Positions 12,885 through 27,856 are shown, numbered from the stretch's first letter. The stretch is 64,000 nucleotides of DNA from Eledone cirrhosa (GCA_964016885.1 OZ024748.1:20026001-20090000), one strand, 5' to 3'. Numbers and translations: made by a program. Notes: generated by a model from the letters alone, not told the origin.

Positions 12885-13231
12885 CAGAGGCTATATTTAA
12901 TTTGTTGGGATTCAACAAGCTTAACATTTTTTATAACTTATATAAAGCACTCAACAGTTAGTGGAGTAAATATACAATATATTAATAAATGGAAACTATA
13001 TTTATAAAACCATAATTATTTTATTATATATATTTCAAGGGCAACCAAGGTAAATTATGGTGCGCTTTCATCAGATAAAATACAGATTTGTATTATAAAT
13101 AATATTGACATGGATATCCAGCGAATTTCTATCATTGAAGCGCACCATAACTTGCCTTGGTTGCCCTGGAAATATATATAATAAAATAATTATGGTTTTA
13201 TAAATATAGTTTCCATTTATTAATATATTGT
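12885..13231. mobile_element. Family B fold-back insert in (TA)n
   Basis: Inverted tail 12885-12970; arms ~12971-13067 and 13138-13235. Confidence 0.8.
13017..13082 (-). ncRNA. Type I hammerhead ribozyme motif (family B variant)
   Basis: Minus strand: TATTTTAT-CTGATGA-AAG.GCACCA/TGG.TGC.CTT-GAAA-TATATA-TA-ATAAAATA; helices covary with the 8438 and 26342 copies. Confidence 0.85.
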
Positions 13232-13464
13232 ATATATATATATATTTGTGTGTGTGTGTGTGTGTGTGTGCATTTGTGTGTTTATGTTTACTGCTTGATT
13301 ATGTCTTATAACCTAGCAGTTTGACAAAAAGAGATTGATAAAATAAGTACCAGCTTTGACAAAGATAAGTACAGGGCTGATATGATTGACTAAATCCATT
13401 GAAAACAGTGATCCAGCTTGGCCACAGTCTAATGAGTGAAACAGGTAAAACATAAAAGAATGCA

Positions 13465-13853
13465 TACACATACATATTCACACACACACGCTCTCATACA
13501 CACACACACAAACACTCAAATACACACACTCAGTCACCCATTCACACACACTTAGTCACATACACTCACTCTAACGTACACATTCACACACACATCTTCA
13601 CACACACACACACACACCTACATTCTTACATTTACACACGCACACCCTCACGCACACACACTTAGTCACACAAACCCACTCACACCTACACATTCACACA
13701 GATATTCTCACACGCACACACACATACACACACACCCACACCTACATTCTCACACACAGACACACGTACACATTCACACACTCATACACACACACAAACA
13801 CACACTCACCCACACCCACCTACATTCACACACACACTCATACACACACAGAT

Positions 13854-13890
<37 letters not shown>

Positions 13891-14150
13891 TATTCACACA
13901 CAAAGACATTCACAGATAAAAACACACACTCAGTCACACATTCACACACATACACTCACACACACCTACGTACACATTGACATACGTACACATTCACACA
14001 CACACACTCAAACACACCTACCTTCTCACATTGGCACTTGCACACACACATTCACCCACACACACACATTCACACACACTCACACATACACACCGACACA
14101 TTCACACACAAAGACTCATTCATACACACACACACATTCACACGCACAAA
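13465..14150. repeat. Degenerate (CA)n microsatellite
   Basis: Direct reading. Confidence 0.95.
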
Positions 14151-14363
14151 TACATTAATATATATTTATTCATTTATTTTATTGTTTGCTGAAATGGATA
14201 CAATTATTAGAATATTCTTTATAACTCACACAATGTGTACCAACCTACCCCCCCTCTCCACCCATGCCCCACCCATCTACCTACCTGTCTATCTGTCTTT
14301 ATCATCTAATCACTACAGGTATTTTTTTATATCTATCTTTCTCTGTTGTTCTCTGTACATATA

Positions 14364-14422
<59 letters not shown>

Positions 14423-14522
14423 ATATATATATATATATACATATCCATATATATTCCATATATATATACATATGTATGGATATATATACACACACACATA
14501 CACACACATATATATATTCATA

Positions 14523-14554
<32 letters not shown>

Positions 14555-14603
14555 AAGTTGCTATCTCTGTTTTTACCTGTTTTTTTTTACATACCTGTAA
14601 ATT

Positions 14604-14815
<212 letters not shown>

Positions 14816-14822
14816 GTATATA

Positions 14823-14883
<61 letters not shown>

Positions 14884-15357
14884 GTGTATATATATATATA
14901 TATACTCACACACATGCAGACATACATAACATACATATATATATAGAGAGAGAGAGCGAGAATATATGGGTGCATGTGTACGTCCACATATATAGCTGTA
15001 TGATGTTGTATATATAGGTTTGGTATATATATTCTATTAGATAAAATTGACTTCTACAAAGCAGCTGTTTCATTTCACATGCAGCTCTTCAGAGAGTTCA
15101 ATATAATGAACAAATCAAATACGTATGTATACTAAATATATATATATATATACCACCCCACTATCAAGAGCGTGAAACTAATAAACCTTTGTTCGTACTG
15201 CCTCTCTGTTTTGTTACCGTTCAATTTTTTACTATATATATATATATATATATATAGATAGTAATAAATTACTGTCTTTCACTATTTAGGGTTTAAAATA
15301 TATATAACTATAAACGGTTTTAGTATATACATAACCATAAATAGATAGTATCCTTAA

Positions 15358-15396
<39 letters not shown>

Positions 15397-15414
15397 AATA
15401 GATAGGCAGATAGT

Positions 15415-15455
<41 letters not shown>

Positions 15456-15878
15456 AATATATATCAATATATATTGTACATATATTACTGTATATATATA
15501 CACACATATATACATAATATATATATATATATGTGTGTGTGTGTAGGAAGTTGGTGAGAAGAAATACCACAAAACATCAGAAGACAAAACGATATCAAAT
15601 ATGATTATTTTTCAACATTTATAAATAAATTTGTAAACATGTATGTTCTTCTGGTTTTATAATTTCACAAATTTTTTCCCAATAGAGAGAGAGAGTCGGT
15701 TTCTAACATAGACACAAGACTCTCATTGGAATTTACACAACATCAACTAGGTAGATATGTATGTATGCATGCATGCATGTGTAGATATAGATGTTATTGT
15801 TTGTGTGGATGTGTATGTTTTGAGTTGTATGTGTGCATGTGTATATGCTTTGTATCTGTACATGTGTATATGTAGTTA

Positions 15879-17110
15879 TTAGATGCAACATTTTTGGAAT
15901 GTACATATTTTTACTGTTCCATTAATGGATTGTACTTGTAATTTCCTAACTAGTTGTGTTCTTTCTGTTCCTGTGAAGCCTAGCTTCTCAAAATTTGTAT
16001 TGAGGCAGTTACTAACATACTCCAGTGCCCCAATAATCACAGGCATAAATCTGAAGGTGTAATCAGGGTGGAGTATCTGCAGATTTCTTCTCAGTTCTGC
16101 ATAAATATTCTCCTTTTCGCTAATCTTTGATATTATATTGGCATCTGCTGGGCAGCTAATTTCCACTACCGTGCATGCTTTCTTCTCCCAGTCCCATATG
16201 ATAATATCTGGTCTGTTATGCCTGCATTTTATTGGGGTTTTTACTGGAACATTCCACCAGTACTCTTTCATATTATGTACGTGGATGTCTTCCACATTGC
16301 TGTAGCTTTTAATGTGTTTATTATCGGGGCTATCTTTTTTACGGGCTGCATTGTACAGTGTTTTGGCCACTACATCATGCCTCGTAGGTAGATAGTACCG
16401 CGATGACATCTTTGGACAGCTGCTGATGACATAGGTGATATCCTCGATGTTAGTTCTGCAGAGTCTGCACTTGTTATCACATCTAGGTGTTTTGCCTGCA
16501 TCCCTATCTCTTTTGTGAATCAGGTATTTCGTGCTAATCTCCTGTTCTTGGATTGCAAAAGCGTATCCTTCAAAGTGGGAGCCAATATAGCGGTTGTTGG
16601 TCCAAGATAGACTACTTTCCTTATCTATATTACTCTCACTCTGGAGCTTCCTGGCAACATATCCATGCATGATTTTTTGCTGATAGGCATGCAGTTTTTC
16701 ATCCATGGATTCACTGCGATACTACTGAGCGACTTCCCTCGGTGTGAGTTTTTGATTACCACACAGGGAATATCTCTCGAGGAGTTCCTTCCCAACTCTC
16801 ATGATCTTATCTGTTTCATGCAGATAGACTTGCTCGAGAGACGGGCTCCTACGCTTCGAGGTTCGTAGATGTTGTCAGAGGGATATGATGTGATATTCAA
16901 ATGCTGTCTGGACTGATGTTAGGCCTCTGCCTCTCTGCTTACGTTTCAAGTAGAGGTGGTCTATGTCACTGTTGATGTGGAAGTTTCTGGTGTTGTTTAG
17001 TATTTTTCGAGTTCCAACATCAACTGCTCAGATTTCGTCTATTGTCCAATTGAGTATTCCAAACGTTGGTGTTAGGACAGGCACAGCAAACACATTGTGA
17101 GCCACTGTTT
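15879..17110 (-). pseudogene. Non-LTR retrotransposon fragment with restriction-like endonuclease (R4/NeSL-like)
   Basis: ORF 15879-16706: CRLC...SC zinc-knuckle-like motif, RHDVVA, RPDIIIWD...VEISCP, K..EK...Y, PVIIGAL; upstream continuation disrupted. Confidence 0.85.
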
Positions 17111-17315
17111 TGTTTTGTATGTATGTGTGTATGTATGTATGTATGTATGCATGTATGTATGTATGTATGTATGTATGTGTGAGCTAGAGAGAGTATGTAT
17201 GTAAATGTTTGTATAAATGTGTGTTTGTGCAAATATATATACACATGTAAATGTGTATATATATATATATGTGTGTGTATGTAAATGTATGTATATATAT
17301 GTGTGTGTGCGTGCG

Positions 17316-17352
<37 letters not shown>

Positions 17353-19223
17353 TTATAAAATTTAACAAGCTTAAGGAACTAGATGCCCGAGTCAAATATT
17401 ATATACAAGCAAATTTACAAATATATATATATATATGTATATATACACACACATATATGTATACACACATATATATATATATATAAAAACATATATATAT
17501 AATATATATACATATATATTTATTTATATATATATATATAGAAACAATATATATACATGCACACATACACACACACATATATATATGTGTGTATGTATAT
17601 ATATGAATATTAATTTAGAAGCTTACATCATATTTTTGACTACCCCATGAAGTGAAGAAAGTGGGCATCAGCATGAGTGAGGGAGAAAGAGAGAATGTGT
17701 GTGAGTGTGTGTGGGGGGGTATGTGATTGTGCATGTGGGGGCTATGTGTGCGTGCGTGTGGGTGTGAGGGGTATGCGTGGGGGGGTATGCTTTTGTGTGT
17801 GAGAGAGAGAGGTGGGGGTAGGCCTAGATACATATATACATGCAGACATTATGCGTGTAGCCTCTATAAGTCATAGAAAAGTCAGTTTCTCAGGAATAAA
17901 CAATTGTTCAGTAGAGACTAGGGTCTTCTTAAATTGGAGTAGGCAAAGGATCTTGGAAAACAGGGACTGATACTGTGTAAAGGGGACACTTAAGTTTTGA
18001 GAAATAACCCCTCCAGCGCTGGTGGGATAATACATCACATTGTGACCACACTGTAAAGTGGTTGGTGATAGGAAGTGCATCCAGCCAGAAAAAAACAATG
18101 CTGTGTGTATATCATGACTCATACACTGTTCACTTTCCTGACATTTGTACATTATTCTATGTACTATACATGCACCTTTGATGAGTTGTAGTGCACCTGA
18201 GCACTGTACACAATGGTTTTTAATTATTATTATTAAAATCATGAAGAGTATAACTCATAATATAAAAATATTAACTGTGTATAATCCAGCCCATGTCATC
18301 ATGGATAAATGGACTAAAATGATGAAGATGATGATGATGATCATCACTGTTTAACATCTATTTTTCCATGCTAGCATGGGTTAGACGTATTATCCTGTCG
18401 TAAGCAATGCCAGGTCAGTTGACCATGTCTTGCTCATACATAACTGATTTGGGTTTGGCTACTACAGTTGGATGCTCTTTCTCGCGCCAACCTGATTTAC
18501 AGTGAGTACTGGGTGCTTTTTTGTCATGACACCTACACAACCACTTTACAGTATGGACTGGGGGCTTCACTAGATGTATACTTCTGCCTGTCCTCATGGG
18601 AGATGTATGGGATACATACTATATAGATGTGGGGTGATACATACTATATATATACTTCAGCTTCGGCCTGTCGATGAATATTTATAATAGTGTACTTGTA
18701 TACGTAGAAATATTCATATTCTTAGGGTGGTTGTAAAAAGAATATATATATATTAAATTTAAAATTAAATAACAAGTTACAGTTATAAATAAAAATAGTT
18801 ACAGTTTGAGAAACATGAAAAAAAAAAGTGATGGAATTGTACGTTTAAGTGACATCGACAAAAATTACCAACAAGAATAACAGTAACTCATCTTTTGCTA
18901 GCAATACATGCCAAAAGGAGATAACAGACATGGGTTAACTCCATGTAACAGATAAAGCATGGAAGATGTTTATCACAAAAGAGAATCCATCATTGCTTGA
19001 GGAAGTTTTCCAAGAAATGAAGAGGAAACTGGTGTATCTCTATTTAATATAAAACGGAGAGAGAGAGAGAGAGGAGCTTCTATAAATTCTCAAAAGAGAA
19101 ATTGAAGGAAACTCTGGGAGATGTTTTGTAGGATGTACTTCATTAACCAGGCTACAGGAGAGGGACAGAAGAGCTGGTAACTCAAAACTTGCAAAATGAT
19201 ATACTATATATTGGCATTAATAA

Positions 19224-19500
19224 GGTGCATGACATAGTGGTTAGAGCATTGCAATCATGACGTTGTCACTTTGATTCTTGCACCGGCTGATGCATTGCAC
19301 CCTTGAGCAAGACACTTTATTTCACGTTGCTCCAGTTTACTCAGCTGTAGAAATGAGTTGCGATGTCACTGGTGCCTTTCCCTTAGACAACATTGGTGGC
19401 ATGCAGAGTGGAGACTGGTATGCATGGGCGACTACTGGTCTTCCACAAAACAAACCTTGCCCAGGCTTGTGCCTTAGAGTGGGGCCTAACAATAGCTAAC
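19224..19500 (+). mobile_element. SINE family 2-related, degenerate
   Basis: TAGTGGTTAGAGCATTG head; CCTTGAGCAAGACACTTTATTTCAC core; CTCAGCTGTAGAAATGAG. Confidence 0.7.
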
Positions 19501-19543
19501 ACATATCTCTACATCAATATTTGTATACACCACCCCCTCTCTC

Positions 19544-19618
<75 letters not shown>

Positions 19619-19639
19619 CTATTTATATATATATATATA

Positions 19640-19838
19640 TGAGAGGGTGCGGTAAAATACCAGGTGGACCATAACCCACCAGAGTACTCGATACATGGGG
19701 TAGTAAAGTGGGTACTATAAAAAGATTCAGGACCCCGACGGCAGAGCTCCAGCCATTATGACAGCTAAATCCATTCAGATCTAGCTGCCAAAAGAGCCAG
19801 AGCTCAGAGCTCAGCCGTCGGGGTCCTGAATCTTTTCA
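19640..19838. mobile_element. Family E fold-back
   Basis: Inverted tail, then arms AAAAGATTCAGGACCCCGACGGC...GCCGTCGGGGTCCTGAATCTTTT centred ~19774. Confidence 0.75.
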
Positions 19839-19926
19839 TATATATATATATACATATATACATATATACATGCATACATATATATATATATATATATATA
19901 ATGTATACATATACATACATACGTAC

Positions 19927-20263
19927 ATCATTTCATTTCATTTTACGTCCGCATTCCCCTGCTTGCAAGGGTGGGACGGGAACTGATTCTGGCTTGGTTT
20001 CTACAGCTGGATGCCCTTCCTAACACCAACCTCATTTACAGTGAGTCCTGGGTGCTTTTTTGCCGTGGCACCTGCACGACCACTTTGCAGTGGAATGATA
20101 GGGACCCCAGTCCCTATCATCTCATTTCTACAGCTGAGTAAACTGGAGCAATGTGAAATAAAGTGTCTTGCTCAAGGAAACAACACATCACCCGGTCTGA
20201 GAATTGAACTCACAACCTTTCGATTGCATGGCCAATGCTCTAACCACTAAGCCATGTGCCTCC
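19927..20263 (-). mobile_element. tRNA-derived SINE family 2 with RTE-like 3' tail
   Basis: Minus strand: GGAGGCACATGGCTTAGTGGTTAGAGC (A-box), GAGTTCAATTC (B-box), CCTTGAGCAAGACACTT, end CCCTTGCAAGCAGGG...GGACGTAAAATGAAATGA. Confidence 0.85.
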
Positions 20264-20294
20264 ACATACATATATATATATATAATGTATACAT

Positions 20295-20325
<31 letters not shown>

Positions 20326-20662
20326 ATGTATACATATACATGGTGGCTGCCAACTCGTTTTCGTGTACGGCCACTACTTTATATCCATGTAAGAGAACCC
20401 CTACCGATGCACTGTACGAGTGTGACTTTTTAGTCCAGCCAGCGACTTGAAAACTCTGGTACAAACACTACAACTGTGACAATTATTGACACATAGTGCT
20501 GGGCCCATGGTACCATGTGACGACAAGTGCAGAGAGATCTCCAGATATAAAGCAATGCCTGTGCCGTGAAGCTTTTATAGTGAGCGAAGGCACTGCACAA
20601 AGCCAGTCCCACTCTCTTAACCAAGATGATATTTACCAAAAAGAAGATATACATATACATAC

Positions 20663-20693
<31 letters not shown>

Positions 20694-21099
20694 ACGTATA
20701 CATATACGTATACATATACATACATACATACATATATACATATATATATATAGATAGATATAAATATATACATAAATACAAGGGCGGTGCCCCAGCATGG
20801 CCTCAGCCGGATGGCTGAAACAGGTAAAAGAGTAAAAGAGTATAAATACATATGCAAGTCGTGTGCATCCTTTAATGATGGACACATGTAGCTCATGCAA
20901 CATGTGCACCATATGCAACTAGCATGAGTATTGTTGAGTAAGCTAGTTGTTCCTTTGATGAGAGAATCAAGGAATCTTTCATCACACCACGACATTATTA
21001 CTGAAGCTCAACAACAACAACAACAACTACAACACAACATATACTAAACACATTGTAAAACACTTTAGCTTATACTGATGATAATGAGGAAGGGGGGGG

Positions 21100-21738
21100 A
21101 GTAGTAGTGGCAATGGTGGTTATAGTGGTTGAGCTGGTGGTGATGGTTGTGGTAGTGGTGGTGGTGGTAGTGGTGGTGGTGGTAGTTGTGGTAATGGTGA
21201 TGGTGGTTATGATGGTGATGGTGGTTATAGTGGTTGATGGTAGTGGTGGTGGTGGTGGTGGTGGTGGTAGTTATGGTAATGGTGGTTATGATGGTGATGG
21301 TGGTTATAGTGGTTATAGTGGTTGAGCTGGTGGTGATGGTTGTGGTAGTGGTGGTGGTGGTGGTGGTGGTAGTTGTGGTAGTGGTGGTGGTGGTGGTGGT
21401 GGTAGTTGTGGTAATGGTGATGGTGGTTATGATGGTGATGGTGGTTATAGTGGTTGAGGTGGTGGTGATGGTTGTGGTAGTGGTGGTGGTAGTGGTAGTG
21501 GTGGTGGTGTGGTGGTAGTGGTGGTAATGGTGATGGTGGTTATGATGGTTGAGATGGTGGTGGTGGTTGTGGTAGCAATGTTGGTGGTGGTGGTGGTGAT
21601 AATGTTGGTGGTGGTCATGGTGGTAGTGGGTATTGTGGTTGAGGTGGAGGAGGTGGTGAGGATGATGGGGATGTTAATGATAATGATGATGATAAGGATG
21701 CTGCTGCTATTACTGCTGATGATGATGATGATGATGGC

Positions 21739-21778
<40 letters not shown>

Positions 21779-21791
21779 GTGATGATGGTGG

Positions 21792-21822
<31 letters not shown>

Positions 21823-21835
21823 GATGGTGATGATT
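21100..21835. repeat. (GGT)n grading into (GAT)n microsatellite
   Basis: Direct reading. Confidence 0.95.
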
Positions 21836-21960
21836 AAAACCAACTAATTCAAGATCACACCATAGATTATATGAATTAAACAATACATCATTTTCATCGT
21901 TGTCATCTTCATCATCATCATCATCACCATCATTATGATCATCATCATATATATATATAT

Positions 21961-22325
21961 GAAAAGATTCAGGACCCCGATGGCTGAGCTCCGGCCTTTC
22001 GACAGCTAGATCCGAACTGAAGCAGCTATCGGGGGCTTGAACCTTTTCATATTACCCACTCTACTACTCCAAGTATCGAGTATTCTAGTGAGTTATGGTC
22101 CACCTGGTTTTTTACCACACCCTATCTGATATACATATATATATATATATATAACGATAACGAAGGAAATGTGGTAAGGAACCAGGTGGACCATAACGCA
22201 CCAAAGTACTCAATACTTAGGGTAGTAGAGTGGGTAATAGGAACAAGTAGGACCCCGACGGCTGAGCTCAAGAATTAGCCATTGAAACGGCTTGAGCTCA
22301 GCCGTCGGGGTCCTACTTGTTCCTA
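21961..22325. mobile_element. Two adjacent family E fold-backs separated by (TA)n
   Basis: 21961-22128 (short inverted arm plus sense tail) and 22153-22325 (inverted tail plus GAAACGGCTTGAGCTCAGCCGTCGGGGTC). Confidence 0.75.
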
Positions 22326-22328
22326 TAT

Positions 22329-22765
22329 ATATATTGGTAAACGGAATAGAAAATGCTGACAAATTGTTCACAGTTGAAAAATGGTTTAATTAGGAATAAA
22401 AGAGTATTAGTGATTGTATGGGTTAGTATTCAGTTGTGGTTTTAAGTTTTTAAGTTTTTACCGGTTGCGCATTTCTAAATGCTTTTCAAAAATAATTTTG
22501 AGATAGAGTGTCCGTGTTGTTTGCTCAGATCAGAGCAAACAACACGGACACTCTATCTCAAAATTATTTTTGAAAAGCATTTAGAAATGCGCAACCGGTA
22601 AAAACTTAAAAACTTAAAACCACAACTGAATACTAACCCATACAATCACTAATACTCTTTTATTCCTAATTAAACCATTTTTCAACTGTGAACAATTTGT
22701 CAGCATTTTCTATTCCGTTTACCAATATATAATAACTTGTGTGTTACACCTCTATTCTTTTAACT
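22329..22765. mobile_element. Long fold-back insert (family G)
   Basis: ~198-bp arms 22329-22526 and 22533-22730 with a 6-nt spacer AGATCA; right arm extended by a ~35-nt tail; TA flanks. Confidence 0.85.
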
Positions 22766-23030
22766 ATATATATATATATATATATAAATATATATACTGG
22801 TATCTACATGTTTATGGAAGGGGCAATAACATGGTCAGGACTCCATGAAATCTTGAAAAGATAATTCCAACGAGATCATGCTGTGAGGGCTATTGTTTTT
22901 GTAGTAGACTTGCAGCACTTAAGATTCCATTGTAGATTCTAAATGAGCTACAGAAATCATTTCATTCATCATTTTCATTTCATTTTACGTCCGCTTTTTC
23001 CCTGCTTGCAAGAAATATATATATATATAG

Positions 23031-23222
23031 TAATTGTTTCTACATTTGGCACAAGGCCAGCAATTATCCCAGTGTATTACTGGTGCTTTATTTTATCGAC
23101 CCCGTAAGGATGAATGGCAAAGTTAACCTCGGCGGGATTTGAACTCAGACCATCAAGGGACATAACTCTTTGCTGCAAAGCATGGCGTCCGACCCTCTAA
23201 CAATACTGCCAATCCACCGCCC
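23031..23222 (-). mobile_element. SINE family 1
   Basis: Reverse complement of the family 1 sequence. Confidence 0.85.
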
Positions 23223-23231
23223 TATATATAT

Positions 23232-23762
23232 AGTAATAATAATAAATTTGAAGACTAAAATCCAAAGAGGGCTCGATAAGGATAAATATATATCAAATAT
23301 ATAAGAACCGTAGAGCAAATGGATGCGTGCATGTATATATTTAATTTCTTAGTCTACGACTTCAGTTATACCATAAACGTGGTTTTGTCTTTGCGTGTAA
23401 TTGTTCTCACCGCTCCACATGACGTATTATCTTCGTTTTTTCCGTTCATTGCCAGAGAACGTCTCCATGAACCACCTAATAGAACATTAGTCTACGACTT
23501 CATTTATACCATAAACGTGGTTTTGTCTTTGCGTGTAATTGTTTTCACCGCTCCAAATAATGACGTATCATCTTCGTTTTTTTCCCGTTCTTTGCCAGGG
23601 AACGTTTCCACGAACCAAAGTATCGTCTTCCTGTCTTCCTTCAGTTGCAACGTTTTTCAAAATATTTACTTCTGCGTTCACAGATTGACTTTTTTAGTTT
23701 CAGAAGATCCCGTTAAGGGTGAAAGCAGTGATTCTTTGCTTAAATTTTAATCTGCTATTTTA

Positions 23763-23768
<6 letters not shown>
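23232..23768. mobile_element. Family D insert with longer upstream segment
   Basis: Inverted tail 23232-23320; sense segment with ~140-bp internal tandem duplication, matching 49261-49595; CAGAAGA core at 23701. Confidence 0.75.
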
Positions 23769-23847
<79 letters not shown>

Positions 23848-25053
23848 ATAAGAAAATGCGAAGTAGTTTCAGATGTTAAAGTCCTTTATTGATAAGGCTG
23901 TGATACATATTTTGATGACAACAATGGCCACGCGATTCCACATACCCAGTCCCATGTTCTCATCAGACAGCTTCTTATATAATAAGGTTACGTTCCTCAG
24001 ACAATCCAAATTGAAACGACAAGGGAACGGACAATGATGATGTTCTTGAAGCCTTCATCATCACTATCCTCATTATTTTATGTCTGCTTTTCTGTGCTAT
24101 CATGAATTGGGTCTTTTCCAACACAGTAACCCTTCACTCATTGCTGCTCTTTTATGAGCTTCAGCAATTTGAAATCAGCTCTCACAACCTCTGCCCAGGT
24201 CTTCTCTAGTCTTCTTCTATTGCAGCTTCTTTTCTGCTGGTATTTCTTGGCAATTCTTCACATGCACACATACATTCACACACATACATGCATAACATAC
24301 AAATATACACACCTATACACATTTATATACTTGCTTTAAGCTAACCTTCTGAGAAAAAAGAAATATTTATCGATAAACGGATCCCAATTTCAATACACTT
24401 ATCATCATTCAATACACAAATCATTATTTGACCTAATTCAGATGAAACTAGGGCAAATATTTCACCCTAGCGTTCTTAAAATACTCTCTCTCTAGAGGTT
24501 ACAACTAGAAAATTAATTTTGAACAAAGCTGAAAATGTATGTTCATGTACAAAATTAATAATTCAAACACCCTAAGGGGGATTATTCCATATTCCTTTCC
24601 TGTACAATATTGCTACATCTACATCACTGACTTGGTGCAGGCATCACTGTTTGGTTTCATGAGTTTGTTTCCCAATCATCTTGTTTCAAGTTCAGTCCCT
24701 CCCTATGGCACCTTGTACAATATTTCTCCAAAATGGTTGACTGAATACACGGGGTTTTTTTTTCCATTCCTTCCTCTTGTCACACACTATCTTTCTAATT
24801 CATCTTTCATTTCTCAATCTATCTTCTGATGAAACACTAGTGTCTGAAACATAAATAATCTTTTTGTTCTATATCAAGTATTAAACTTCTGACGATGGAC
24901 CGTGACAAGTGGAGAGATGCTGTGCTGAATAGGACCCGTCCCACTCTTGCAAGCAGGGAAAAGCGGACTTAAAATGATGATGACGATGTGGATTTCTTCA
25001 CTGTACTGTATTGATTGTTTAATTGTTTCCAATTACTTTTACCTTATATATGC

Positions 25054-25093
<40 letters not shown>

Positions 25094-25820
25094 ATATATA
25101 TACACATACACACACATATACACATAGAAACATTCTAAGAGAACATGTGTGATTCTATGTGCAGAGGAACTAAATACGACCCAACCAGGCTTAAAATATG
25201 ACACTTTGTTTTCAGTGCTGTATGTTCTCTCCAGAGATTCTAATCAAAAGAATTATTCTAAAAGCAAATAAGACTAAGACTAGTTATATAGCAACATCAC
25301 TGGTTAACATATGTTTTCAATGATTGCATGGATTAGACCGGTTGGCACATTATGAGGGCAGACAGGTCAGGTGGCAATTTCTTACCCAAATGTTTCATTT
25401 TTGGCTAGGTTTTGTTTACTGTGGCAGGGTGCCCTTCCAAAAGCCAACCCCCTTACAGGGTGGAGTGCATTCTTTTTTTTTGGGGGGGGGGGCACCAGTA
25501 TTACTTCCTTACATACACACACAAAATAAAAAATGAAATTTACACTCTATCCACAAGAAATTCAGTTTATGTCGAAATGAATTTTAAACACATATTCTCA
25601 TATATATATCATCATCATCATCATCGTTTAACGTCCGTGTTCCACGCTTGCATGGGTTTGGACGGGAGTTTTCCCACTTGAGGCAAGAGTGGTTGTCTTG
25701 CTCGCATAGGACTGTCTGGCGGGTTTTCTACAGTTGGATGCCCTTCCTAACACCAACCACATATATATATATATATATATATTTCATTCATACATACATT
25801 CATATATATATATATATATA

Positions 25821-25975
25821 AGTTTATTCCGGGTTCAATCGGGGGTACCCACAGTAAGTAAGGTACTCAATACAAAACAGAGTATAAATATTTAATATAC
25901 CAATGGCTTCATTCGGGCTTCCTGGTGATTTCTCCCAAATGAAACAGTTCTAGTCCTGTAGAAGCTATTTCTATC
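25821..25975. mobile_element. Family A insert
   Basis: Inverted tail, then GCTTC-CTGGTGA-TTTCTCCCAAAT-GAAA-CAG..CTG-TA-GAAGC. Confidence 0.75.
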
Positions 25976-25999
25976 TATCTATCTATCTATCTATCTATA

Positions 26000-26073
<74 letters not shown>

Positions 26074-26097
26074 TTCCTATAAATAATTAATACATTC

Positions 26098-26125
<28 letters not shown>

Positions 26126-26128
<3 letters not shown>

Positions 26129-26445
26129 AAAGTTCTATTTAAAATTGTTGGGATACAACAAGTAAATATTTTTATAAATGATATAAAGTCTTTTTCTTTC
26201 TCTCCGTCTTTTTATAATTGTCCTTAACACTTTGACTTATTAAAATAATATAAACAACTCACTATCCGGATGGCTTCCGAAAATAATGGTTGCATTTTAA
26301 AAGGGTACGTCAAAGCTTATTTGTAAAACTGTTATATATTGTATTTTGTCTGATGAAGGCATACCATAATTTAATTTGGTATCCCTGAAATATGTATAAT
26401 GAAATAAATATGGTTTTATAAATGTAGTTTCCATTTATTATTATC

Positions 26446-26447
<2 letters not shown>
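26126..26447. mobile_element. Family B insert (inverted tail plus sense segment)
   Basis: 26126-26188 is the inverted family B tail; the sense segment ends at the same point as other B short arms. Confidence 0.75.
26342..26406 (+). ncRNA. Type I hammerhead ribozyme motif (family B)
   Basis: TATTTTGT-CTGATGA(26350-26356)-AGGCATACCA/TGGTATCCCT-GAAA(26387-26390)-TATGT-ATA-ATGAAATA. Confidence 0.82.
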
Positions 26448-26493
<46 letters not shown>

Positions 26494-26798
26494 GGACGTT
26501 AAGAATGCTATAGATGGTTTCCCCAACCACACAACCACCAGACCACCATAACAACACACCATCATGCCACCCCATCTGGAAAGAAATCAATACATGTGTC
26601 CTAAAAATATATTCCACAGATCAAACATCCTAAACTTCAAATATTTAGCTCTGGTTTCTAATCAGACCAGCAGGACACTGGAAATATGAAATATGAAATA
26701 TTGGCTCTTATTTGTTTGTTGTTGTTTTGTCTATGGTTTTTTTTTCTTCCAAACATGATACACACAAACATCTTTCAGTACTTAGCAGTAAAGCTCAT

Positions 26799-26867
<69 letters not shown>

Positions 26868-27033
26868 GGGAGGGATAGGGTTAACATTTTCTACTAGTCA
26901 GGTTTAATTAAAACCACTTGATGCCTCCAACATGAAAGGAAACAAATCAACCATTCGATTCAAATGAGTCGCTATATGCACTCTCAGTGGGTGAATATGT
27001 AATATATATAATATACATACATGTACATATACA

Positions 27034-27066
<33 letters not shown>

Positions 27067-27111
27067 GTGGGTGTATACATATATGTATATGGGGGTGTGT
27101 ATATATATATA

Positions 27112-27149
<38 letters not shown>

Positions 27150-27215
27150 TATATGTATATATATATATAAATATATATATATATACACACCCCCATATAT
27201 ATATATGTATACACC

Positions 27216-27249
<34 letters not shown>

Positions 27250-27274
27250 GGTGTATACATATATATATATGGGG

Positions 27275-27317
<43 letters not shown>

Positions 27318-27400
27318 GGTGTATACATATATATATATGGGGGTGTGTATATATATATATATATATATATATGTGGGTGTATACATATATATATATGGGG

Positions 27401-27436
<36 letters not shown>

Positions 27437-27452
27437 AGAAAGATATAGTATG

Positions 27453-27489
<37 letters not shown>

Positions 27490-27505
27490 AGAAAGATATA
27501 GTATG

Positions 27506-27537
<32 letters not shown>

Positions 27538-27600
27538 CCTACAGACATGTATATATATATATATGTATATATATATGTATATATATATATGTATATGTGT

Positions 27601-27702
<102 letters not shown>

Positions 27703-27714
27703 ACACACATGTAT

Positions 27715-27749
<35 letters not shown>

Positions 27750-27803
27750 CCTACAGACATGTATATATATATATATTATGTATATATATATATGTATATG
27801 TGT

Positions 27804-27856
<53 letters not shown>

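Noticed and set aside
23925-23972. Minus-strand CTGATGA...GAATCGCGTG motif
   Set aside because: GAAA and the cleavage site are altered and helix I is not adjacent; at best a decayed relic
24822-24860. CTGATGA...GAAAC hammerhead-like motif
   Set aside because: Helix II is plausible but no helix III, NUH site or helix I partner could be found
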